A stretch of 64,000 nt of DNA from a virus. Each line of letters starts with the position of its first letter. Within the stretch, counting starts at the first letter, position 1. Below the pieces are notes generated by a model. It was not told where the DNA came from and did not search any database. It worked only from the letters and a program-made list of their open reading frames with translations. The position numbers were made by a program, and so were the translations under genes. Location of the stretch: positions 20,682 through 84,681 of the IMG/VR virus record IMGVR_UViG_3300017963_000235. One strand, given 5' to 3'. Positions 1 to 6,784 of this stretch are shown one piece after another.

Positions 1-1
1 C

Positions 2-985
2 ATTCTCACATTCGATCCCCGTCCTTTCATGGATAAATCTGATAAAGAGAAACTGTCATTTATGATGGAGCTCCTTAATATCGATCTCTCCGATTTGGAA
101 ACGGAACACGCGGAGACCTATCAGGGGCGTAGGGATATTGGCAGAGACATCAAATCTATAGGGGATCTTGTTCCAGTTCCTAAGACAGAGAAGGTAGATG
201 TTCAGAAGATTCTTCTTGAGAAGGAGAGAATCAAAGAGAGTAATGAAACTTGCCGTAAAGGGATTGAGGAATCTAACCAGGCGCTGCGGGATGAGATCTC
301 CAAACGGCAGAAACATGAATCAACCCTTGAATCACTTAAGGTAGAAAGGGGGCGGTTAGAGGAAGTGCTGAGGCAGGCACAATCAGATCTGGAGGTTGTG
401 AAAGCTCGTATTGATAACGGGGAGAGGTATCTTGCTGATCAGCCCGATTTGGAAGAGCCTAAAGAGTTCATCCCGGAATCTACCGAGGAGCTGGATCAGA
501 AACTTGCTAACGCTGCGGAGATTAATGAGAAGGCTAGCGCCTATGCTGCGTATCTAGAGCGTCGTAAGGAGAAGGAGGAGTTAGAGAATACCTATGACGA
601 TATGACGGAGGCTCTTGAGAGGATTAAAACCCGCAAACAGGAGAGATTGTTAAAGGCACCTCTTCCGGTTGAAGGCCTTCAGATTGTCATTGAGGATCCT
701 GATAAAGAGGATGGGGTGTACTTTAATGGGATTCATTCGGCTAACTGGAGTGAGGCTGAGAGTATGCGGATTTCCTCAGAGTTATGCCTTGGAATGCAGC
801 CCGAACTAAGAGCTCTATTCATTGACCGGGGAGAGGCTTATGATCCTGAGGGGCTTAAACAGCTCGATACTTGGGCCAGAGATAAGGATCTTCAAGCTAT
901 CATAACGATGGTTTCTCCTATCCCTGATGTGTTGGAGCCTGGAGTATTCTACATCGAAGAGGGAGAACTTCTTTCAAATCCTTAG
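2..985 (+). CDS. SMC/Rad50-like (AAA) coiled-coil ATPase, C-terminal part (5'-truncated by the window)
   Basis: Frame is open from position 2. Long coiled coil, then signature-like WSEAE and Walker-B-like ALFIDRGEAYD, ending FYIEEG. Confidence 0.7.
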   Translation: MLTFDPRPFMDKSDKEKLSFMMELLNIDLSDLETEHAETYQGRRDIGRDIKSIGDLVPVPKTEKVDVQKILLEKERIKESNETCRKGIEESNQALRDEISKRQKHESTLESLKVERGRLEEVLRQAQSDLEVVKARIDNGERYLADQPDLEEPKEFIPESTEELDQKLANAAEINEKASAYAAYLERRKEKEELENTYDDMTEALERIKTRKQERLLKAPLPVEGLQIVIEDPDKEDGVYFNGIHSANWSEAESMRISSELCLGMQPELRALFIDRGEAYDPEGLKQLDTWARDKDLQAIITMVSPIPDVLEPGVFYIEEGELLSNP

Positions 986-1009
986 GTTGTGATTTTCTTT
1001 TCTAATTAT

Positions 1010-1076
1010 CTCTTTTTCTGTTGACAATAAATTAGAGATGGGGTAGAACTAGATTAGTGAGGCAATGACGCCTCAC
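1010..1076 (+). promoter_or_regulatory. Early sigma70-type promoter P1 with 5' leader hairpin
   Basis: T-rich UP tract, TTGACA (1021-1026), 17 nt spacer, TAGAAC, then the hairpin GTGAGGC-AATGAC-GCCTCAC. Motif is shared with P2 and P3. Confidence 0.75.
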
Positions 1077-1095
1077 CGATTCTAAGGAGATTCAC

Positions 1096-1377
1096 ATGAA
1101 CCCTACTAAAAGCCACACTCAGAGAGCCTGCATCAAGATGAGAAATAACGAACCTATGACTTCCATGGAAAAATCCCTTGTTGCGCTTAAGGCTACTCCT
1201 GTGGTTACGGAATCCGGTAAACTGTGTGTCTCTGTGGCCTTCAACGATGGGGAGCCCCTGGTTAAAGATTATGTGGTTATAACTAGTCTCGGATCCGTCA
1301 ACCTGTATCTTAGGGTGGGTTCTGTTCGGGTTGATTGGGATAAGGGCGTTACTATCTGTAGTGTGTATCAGGATTAG
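1096..1377 (+). CDS. Hypothetical early protein
   Basis: AAGGAG RBS upstream; directly follows P1. Confidence 0.6.
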   Translation: MNPTKSHTQRACIKMRNNEPMTSMEKSLVALKATPVVTESGKLCVSVAFNDGEPLVKDYVVITSLGSVNLYLRVGSVRVDWDKGVTICSVYQD

Positions 1378-1387
1378 GGGGTTCATT

Positions 1388-1675
1388 GTGTTTCCATCGG
1401 CTACAACTTACTGGACTATGATAGTCCCCAAGATTAGGGTTAGAGCTAAGGGCTGCTGTGAAGAATGCGGCAGGAAAGATTTCCTATGGGTGACAGCTAA
1501 GAAGGATTTAGAGGATTGGGAGTACCTGGAGATAACAGGTGTGCAGCCTTTACCCTTGGAGAAGTCGAATCTTATAGCGGTATGTTATCGGTGTGCTGGC
1601 CCCTTCCTTGTGATCGCTGAGCTCTATCAGGCGTCTAAAAAGAAGTATTATCAAAGGGAGTTACAATTTGATTAA
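1388..1675 (+). CDS. HNH-like zinc-binding protein (degenerate)
   Basis: CCEECG ... SNLIAVCYRC matches the CxxC/NL..LCxxC frame of phage HNH proteins; catalytic His not evident. GTG start after AGGGGG is inferred. Confidence 0.45.
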   Translation: MFPSATTYWTMIVPKIRVRAKGCCEECGRKDFLWVTAKKDLEDWEYLEITGVQPLPLEKSNLIAVCYRCAGPFLVIAELYQASKKKYYQRELQFD

Positions 1676-1679
1676 CTTA

Positions 1680-1750
1680 TTTTTCTTTTTTCTCTTGACA
1701 ATATTTCTCTATGTTCTATAACTATAAGTAGTGAGGCAATGACGCAGCAC
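1680..1750 (+). promoter_or_regulatory. Early promoter P2
   Basis: TTTTTCTCTTGACA (TTGACA 1695-1700) ... TATAACTATAAGTAGTGAGGCAATGACGC, nearly identical to P1 and P3. Confidence 0.75.
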
Positions 1751-1771
1751 TAACCCCAAAGGAGACCTAAC

Positions 1772-2146
1772 ATGACACCTTCCAAATTCAACATCACCAA
1801 TGATAAATTTTCCTCTGACTCTGCTATTGTGACTTTCGATGAGTTCATTGAGCTCTGTGAGTCCCTGGATTGGGAGCCTGAGATGGTCCGCGAGGGCAAC
1901 AACGAGCACGGCGAATGGAGTCTCATGCACGGTGACGAGTGCGTAGGCCCCGAAATCTGTTCAGAGAATAACCTGTATCTGGTTAACGGATACGCTGGGG
2001 AGTGGGATGATGCGGTTATTGAGGCCGCTAGTGGGTACGCTGCTGCTAGAGAATACGCAGACAATTTCCCATCTATAGACCCCGCATGGCATAAGATGCG
2101 CCTTAGTGTTAACGGGTGCCTGGTGGAGATTCCTGTTAATAACTAA
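1772..2146 (+). CDS. Hypothetical acidic early protein
   Basis: AAAGGAG RBS; follows P2. Confidence 0.65.
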   Translation: MTPSKFNITNDKFSSDSAIVTFDEFIELCESLDWEPEMVREGNNEHGEWSLMHGDECVGPEICSENNLYLVNGYAGEWDDAVIEAASGYAAAREYADNFPSIDPAWHKMRLSVNGCLVEIPVNN

Positions 2147-2150
2147 CATA

Positions 2151-2187
2151 TACCCCACGCGGCGATTACGTATCAAAGCGTGGGGAC
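2151..2187 (+). repeat. Structured element copy A (8-bp stem, loop GGCGATTACGTATCAAA)
   Basis: CCCCACGC pairs with GCGTGGGG. The loop matches copies B and C while the stem sequence differs. Confidence 0.7.
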
Positions 2188-2275
2188 AACGTACACCGGG
2201 TAAGCTCTGAAAGGTTCCTGTGAATATTCTAGACCACAGTATAGCTTAGTAAGGTTGGCTGCTATTAACGGTGCT

Positions 2276-2328
2276 ACCCCATGGAGGCGATCACGTTCAA
2301 ATCCATGGGACAGCCGCAATAAAGCGGA
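2276..2328 (+). repeat. Structured element copy B (53 bp; inverted repeat of 35824-35876)
   Basis: ACCCCATGGAGGCGATCACGTTCAAATCCATGGGACAGCCGCAATAAAGCGGA; 52/53 identical to the reverse complement of 35824-35876. Confidence 0.95.
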
Positions 2329-2349
2329 GTGTTTAAAGGAGATCGATTA

Positions 2350-2661
2350 ATGACTAAAGCCCAGATACTTAAACAACTCACAGATGCCGGTATTGAGACA
2401 TCTCAGGTGAATCCTGTCGCCCTTAGGTACAATTCTCACAAAGGAGTGTGGGAGTCCATGAAAAATTATCCTAAGATTAAAATCGTCAATAATACCGTTG
2501 AGGTTGTGGTTACCGATAAGTACGGCGAGTGTGATATAGATGCTACAAACGATCTTATGGACCTGGTGAAGGATGCATTAGCAAGTAGCGCGACTTGGGA
2601 CCCCTACACTAGAGTGTATAAGGTTCCTGCTTGTAGAATGTGGGAAGTTTGTTCTTTTTAG
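2350..2661 (+). CDS. Hypothetical early protein
   Basis: AAAGGAG RBS before the ATG at 2350, directly after element B. Confidence 0.6.
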   Translation: MTKAQILKQLTDAGIETSQVNPVALRYNSHKGVWESMKNYPKIKIVNNTVEVVVTDKYGECDIDATNDLMDLVKDALASSATWDPYTRVYKVPACRMWEVCSF

Positions 2662-2677
2662 ATTAGTTTAAAATTTC

Positions 2678-3041
2678 GGGCGTGAAATAGATTCGACATG
2701 GAAAGAGAGGATACTGATTGCACCCAAGAGAAGCGTGAGGCTCTTGTAAAACTCCACGTACCTAAATAATTCAGAACGATGAATTAAAACAAGCTGCCGC
2801 TTAGGTAGCCTCCCTAGAGTTGATTCCTGCTAGATTCTAGGGAGACATTAGCGGGATAGTGGATCAGAAAGACCTGGTAGGCGTTACACCTCTGAGACAC
2901 GATAAAAGATCGCTTTGTTGTCTACCGGGAGATTGAGTTTGTTCGTTCGTAAATCTCCTACCAACACAAACGGACTATGGTGTAACGAGTCAGTATATTA
3001 TTTTTCCGTGGACACCGGGGCAGTACCGGTCACGTCCACCA
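2678..3041 (+). ncRNA. ssrA: tmRNA, one-piece; tag (A)QNDELKQAAA* at 2772-2804
   Basis: Acceptor stem GGGCGTG/CACGTCC with G3-U and encoded ACCA; GATTCGAC D-loop analogue; long P2 pairing (CATGGAAAGA/TTTTTCCGTG, ATACTGATT/AGTCAGTAT, GCACC/GGTGT); pk1 CAAGAG/CTCTTG; tag ORF ending in AA-stop inside a hairpin; T-stem ACCGG/CCGGT. Confidence 0.95.
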
Positions 3042-3043
3042 TT

Positions 3044-3217
3044 GATAGGGTTAGTTGCTATGTGTCCTAGGGATTAGACTTACCTCCTTTAGTCTCCCTT
3101 GGAGAGCAACCTAACGATTACAGTTTCCTCATTCCTGGGTCATTGACTGTAATTGTTTGAGATGAGCAAGAATACACTTTGCTGGTCTAAGGATTCGCGT
3201 CCCTGCCCTATCTCAAA
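3044..3217 (+). ncRNA. Candidate structured small RNA with anti-SD loop
   Basis: Three consecutive stem-loops in non-coding DNA; loop TACCTCCTTT at 3081-3090. Confidence 0.4.
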
Positions 3218-3268
3218 TTTCTCTTGAAACTATTTCGAGAGTGGTTATCTTTTCAATAGGAGATCGTA

Positions 3269-3436
3269 ATGTTGCTTTTATTAACCCTCATCATAGCAAT
3301 TCTAAACTGCTCTAGAGCTGTTGTGATATTCTTCCTTAACGCTGGGGGTATGTTCTACTCCATGAAGGAAGCTATAGGGCTCACTTCAACCAAACCCAAA
3401 TGCTCTTTTAGAGTCTACAAGGAAGGCTTTCCTTAG
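3269..3436 (+). CDS. Small hydrophobic protein, 55 aa (not in the ORF track)
   Basis: AGGAG RBS, ATG at 3269, MLLLLTLIIAILNCSRAVVIFFLNAGG..., TAG at 3434-3436; TTGAAA...TATCTT promoter-like sequence upstream. Confidence 0.5.
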   Translation: MLLLLTLIIAILNCSRAVVIFFLNAGGMFYSMKEAIGLTSTKPKCSFRVYKEGFP

Positions 3437-3445
3437 ATGCTATAT

Positions 3446-3668
3446 CGGGGTGTTAGCGTGAGCAGTCGTTAACCTCCCGCCCAAAACATCCAAACCCATA
3501 GCTTCGGTAACGGGGTTATGGGTGGCGTATACAAAGTGTGGTTCCCATGATGAAGGATCAAAACCGCACCGTTTGCCCGCGTGAAGGGTGTAAGAAAATC
3601 CAGATGACCCAGTTAGAATAGCGTTATGAGGTTATCAGGTCGTCCTAGGGTATGACGAAAACTACCCT
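3446..3668 (+). ncRNA. Candidate structured RNA (hairpin array) upstream of tRNAs
   Basis: At least five hairpins in 220 nt, including a 13-bp stem with a GTAA tetraloop (3494-3523). Confidence 0.35.
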
Positions 3669-3672
3669 TTAT

Positions 3673-3746
3673 CGGAGTATAGCTCAGTCTGGTAGAGTAC
3701 TCGGTTTGGGGCCGAGATGTCGTGGGTTCGGATCCCACTACTCCGA
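3673..3746 (+). tRNA. tRNA-Pro(UGG)
   Basis: CGGAGTA/TACTCCG acceptor stem; anticodon arm CTCGG-TTTGGGG-CCGAG; T-arm GTGGG-TTCGGAT-CCCAC; CCA not encoded. Confidence 0.93.
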
Positions 3747-3751
3747 CACTA

Positions 3752-3835
3752 GCCCGAATGGCGAAATTGGTAGACGCGACAGACTTAAAATCTGTTAAGA
3801 GAAATCTTGTATCGGTTCGATTCCGATTTCGGGCA
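3752..3835 (+). tRNA. tRNA-Leu(UAA)
   Basis: GCCCGAA/TTCGGGC acceptor stem; anticodon arm ACAGA-CTTAAAA-TCTGT; long variable arm AAGA-GAAA-TCTT; CCA not encoded. Confidence 0.95.
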
Positions 3836-3872
3836 CTGTGTTATCGTCAGCACTTAACGGTGGAGGCGTCTA

Positions 3873-3900
3873 GGGCGAGGAGACTCGCCCATTTTTTTTT
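3873..3900 (+). terminator. Rho-independent terminator
   Basis: GGGCGAG-GAGA-CTCGCCC followed by A and T9. Confidence 0.85.
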
Positions 3901-3915
3901 ACATGGAGGATCGTC

Positions 3916-4137
3916 ATGCTCACAACTATTTGGGTTAAAGAGTTAATAAAAGGCAAAGATACACCATTGAATCATGGGTCATTCGATGTCCCGTTTATCC
4001 CACACAAAGGGGATTACGTATTTTTAAAGATGCACGTTAAAGGGGGCATGGGGCGGTACGAGGTTATTTCTAGATATTGGACTGAGAATTTCACAGCTTG
4101 TACTTTAGTTGTGGTGTTTCTTGACGAAGTGAAATAA
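3916..4137 (+). CDS. Hypothetical protein
   Basis: GGAGG RBS, 73 aa. Confidence 0.6.
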   Translation: MLTTIWVKELIKGKDTPLNHGSFDVPFIPHKGDYVFLKMHVKGGMGRYEVISRYWTENFTACTLVVVFLDEVK

Positions 4138-4151
4138 ATCAATTCAGGCAT

Positions 4152-4194
4152 TAGACAAAATACAGGGGATCCGATAACGTAACAGTAATTACTG
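4152..4194 (+). promoter_or_regulatory. Promoter of the structural operon, with ACAGGGGATCC spacer motif and palindrome
   Basis: TAGACA-17 nt-TAACGT; spacer motif shared with 62463-62491; perfect palindrome CAGTAATTACTG at 4183-4194. Confidence 0.55.
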
Positions 4195-4207
4195 GAGAGT
4201 TATCGGT

Positions 4208-5353
4208 ATGGAAATTCCTAATATAAATAGAGCGGCTTTGCACGGTACAGGAGCTTCACAATCTCATGTGCCTGAGTTCCTAGATAAGATAGACCTAATC
4301 ATAAATACCTTAAATCCAATTGTGGGGGATCCCGGTGAGTTTAATAACTTCATAAATTTTAATGCTGGATTAGCGATACTGGGGGCTATTCTAGGAGATG
4401 CTCCGGGATCAATTGCCTGGGATCCTATAAAGGGTAACTTGTTAGTAAGAGGCAAATATCCGGGTAATATCTGGAATGCCGGTAAAGAGACCTTTGTGGA
4501 TGTGTGTAATCAGACCGGAGACACATTAGAAGATGGAACAGTTGTTTATATCAATGGGTTTAACGAGGCTTCCGATTGCCACACAGTGGTTAAGGCTAAA
4601 GCGGATTCGCTTGATAACGCTAAATTACTGGGGGTTGTAACAACAACCATGACACATGGATCCATGGGATTGGTTACGAAATTTGGACGGGTCAATGAGA
4701 TTGACACATCGGGAGAAGCCGCAGGAGCCCCCATCTATTTAAGCGATACCGAAGAAGGGGGGTGGACTACTACTAAGCCTCCTGTAGCGTTTAGGATAGG
4801 GTATATAGGTTGCGTAGGTCCCTCCGGATGTATTCTGGTGGACATACAAGAACAACAGCCCTCCATCTTTGGTAGCTTTTATTCTGCGGTAAACCAATTT
4901 TTTGCGGATGGAGTGACTTCCAAAGTAGTGCCTTTAGAGGAGGAGTATGAGGTTAAAGGATTAGGCCACTCCAAAACGGTTAACCCCGAGGAGATAACCT
5001 TTCTATCCTCGGGTGTATACGTTATTACAGGAAACTTTCAATTGAATAGAACGGCTGGGGGTGCCTCCCCTGAGGATGTCAAAGCATGGCTACAAAAATC
5101 AATTGATGATGGGGTTACATGGGTTAATGTGCCGTGGACTACTATTAGTCAGGCATCCACAGATCAGGGCGATCCCGCTCGCTTATCGGCTAATGTTGGA
5201 GCCCCTTTTGATAGAAATGATAGAATACGGGTAAGAGCAAGAGCAACGTCTTCCGATATATTCCTGGAGGCGATTAATTCTGAAGGTGACGGCGAGCATG
5301 AGGCCCCTGGTCAGGCTAGCGTTATGTTTTCCGTTTATAGGTTAGGAGATTAA
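4208..5353 (+). CDS. Putative head fibre/decoration protein (shared N-terminal motif, cement-like domain, BclA/C1q-like C-terminus)
   Basis: N-terminal GTGASQSHVPEFLDKID; GLVTKFGRV...PIYLS cement-type segment; SGVYVITGNFQ jelly-roll-like end. Confidence 0.55.
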   Translation: MEIPNINRAALHGTGASQSHVPEFLDKIDLIINTLNPIVGDPGEFNNFINFNAGLAILGAILGDAPGSIAWDPIKGNLLVRGKYPGNIWNAGKETFVDVCNQTGDTLEDGTVVYINGFNEASDCHTVVKAKADSLDNAKLLGVVTTTMTHGSMGLVTKFGRVNEIDTSGEAAGAPIYLSDTEEGGWTTTKPPVAFRIGYIGCVGPSGCILVDIQEQQPSIFGSFYSAVNQFFADGVTSKVVPLEEEYEVKGLGHSKTVNPEEITFLSSGVYVITGNFQLNRTAGGASPEDVKAWLQKSIDDGVTWVNVPWTTISQASTDQGDPARLSANVGAPFDRNDRIRVRARATSSDIFLEAINSEGDGEHEAPGQASVMFSVYRLGD

Positions 5354-5356
5354 AGA

Positions 5357-6775
5357 ATGTCCGTGGATTTAGTTAATAGAGAAGAGCTTGCGGGTACCGG
5401 TGTTTCACCGTCTCATGTATCTAGTTTTTTAGATAAAATTGATGAGCTCATTACACAGAGTAACACGACAAAAACAATTGCGGATTCCGCTGATGTAGTG
5501 GCAGAAGACGCCAAAGAAGCGGCAACTCATGGGTTAGCAGGATTTATCAGCGGTGCAAATAATCCGGATACAGACATGTCTTTTGATGAGGGGACTAGAA
5601 CCCTCACCATAGCGCCTTCAGGAGATAGTTTTGCTTACTGGTGTGGGGGCATTGAGTACACGCAGGAGGAATCCAAAAGTGTGATTATAGATGACGAGGA
5701 AGGAGCCCACTTCGTCTATTTTGATGACTTGGATTTGAAAAGTACTCAGACCTTTTTTCCAGGATTAATAACCGTCGAGTCAATTGTTAGTATCATTGTT
5801 TGGGATAAGGTTAATCAGGAAGCGGTGAAATTTACAGAGGAAAGACACGGGCGAGTGATGACAGGGGAGACTCATCTATCATTCCACCTCAATCCTGGTA
5901 CCTTATTTGTTCATGGATGCGATCTATCGTTTAACACAGTAGATAGTGGAGCACCTAGTGACGATACTAGTTCTAAAGTTTACATTGCTGAAGGATCTAT
6001 CCGAGATGAGGATATTAATATAACTAGTGTAAATTCTGCTACCCCAGCCAACAGATGGGAGCAGATCCTTGGATCTAATCTGACAGATGACGCTGCTAAA
6101 TTACCCTTGTTTTACTTGGAGGGTGCTAGTGGGTATTGGCGTAGATGGCTTAATGACTCTGATAGATTCTCGTTTCTTCATAGGGGCGGTAATACCCCGC
6201 CTCAATTTAATGAGTTCACTGGGGGTGTATGGACGCTAAGTGATTGTACTAATAGAGATTTTGTCGTATATTATGTCTGTATGGATAATGATTATAACTA
6301 TCCTGTGTTTTTAATGGCTGGGCAACAACTGTATGAAACCCTATCAGAGGCAGAGGCAGCGACACCAACTGACCTTAATTGGGGTGTGTATGATCCTGCG
6401 GAGATTATCGTACTCCATAAATTGGTGTTTGAATATCGGATAATATACACCAATGCTACTCATAGATGCGTACTACGTCAGGTAGAATCTTTTAATATCC
6501 GTGGGGCTACTAAGGTGGGCTTGATTAACTCAAACCAAAACCATGCTGCATTACAGAATCTAGCATACGAGACATCGGGACATACTGGGTTTGCCTCATC
6601 GGCCTACTTTGCGACATCCGATCCTACTGCGGACAATGATGAAATAGACACCGCTGATGTAGGGCGGGTGTTTACATCAGGCGATTTTTGGTACAATAAT
6701 TCATTAGATAAGTTCTTTTTCTGCAAAGATGCTTCGGCAGGTGCCGCAGTATGGAAAGAAATACAGTTAGTATAG
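5357..6775 (+). CDS. Putative head fibre protein (shared N-terminal motif)
   Basis: N-terminal GTGVSPSHVSSFLDKID; C-terminal DPT.DND...G.FWYN...FFC.DAS.GAAVW fibre-type motif. Confidence 0.55.
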   Translation: MSVDLVNREELAGTGVSPSHVSSFLDKIDELITQSNTTKTIADSADVVAEDAKEAATHGLAGFISGANNPDTDMSFDEGTRTLTIAPSGDSFAYWCGGIEYTQEESKSVIIDDEEGAHFVYFDDLDLKSTQTFFPGLITVESIVSIIVWDKVNQEAVKFTEERHGRVMTGETHLSFHLNPGTLFVHGCDLSFNTVDSGAPSDDTSSKVYIAEGSIRDEDINITSVNSATPANRWEQILGSNLTDDAAKLPLFYLEGASGYWRRWLNDSDRFSFLHRGGNTPPQFNEFTGGVWTLSDCTNRDFVVYYVCMDNDYNYPVFLMAGQQLYETLSEAEAATPTDLNWGVYDPAEIIVLHKLVFEYRIIYTNATHRCVLRQVESFNIRGATKVGLINSNQNHAALQNLAYETSGHTGFASSAYFATSDPTADNDEIDTADVGRVFTSGDFWYNNSLDKFFFCKDASAGAAVWKEIQLV

Positions 6776-6784
6776 GAGTTACAC

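Noticed and set aside
2290-2311. tRNA fragment/attP suggested by GTTCAAATCC
   Set aside because: No 5-bp T-stem or cloverleaf, copy A lacks the motif, and no integrase is in the window.
2150-3670. CRISPR or mini-CRISPR array
   Set aside because: No regularly spaced identical direct repeats; the Cas4-like gene sits in a recombination trio.
3446-3870. Hammerhead, HDV-like/theta ribozyme or RNase P RNA
   Set aside because: Could not find the CUGAUGA/GAAA core, an HDV double pseudoknot or GAGGAAAGUCC by eye.
3722-3946. 74-aa ORF in the track
   Set aside because: Overlaps both tRNAs and the terminator; spurious.
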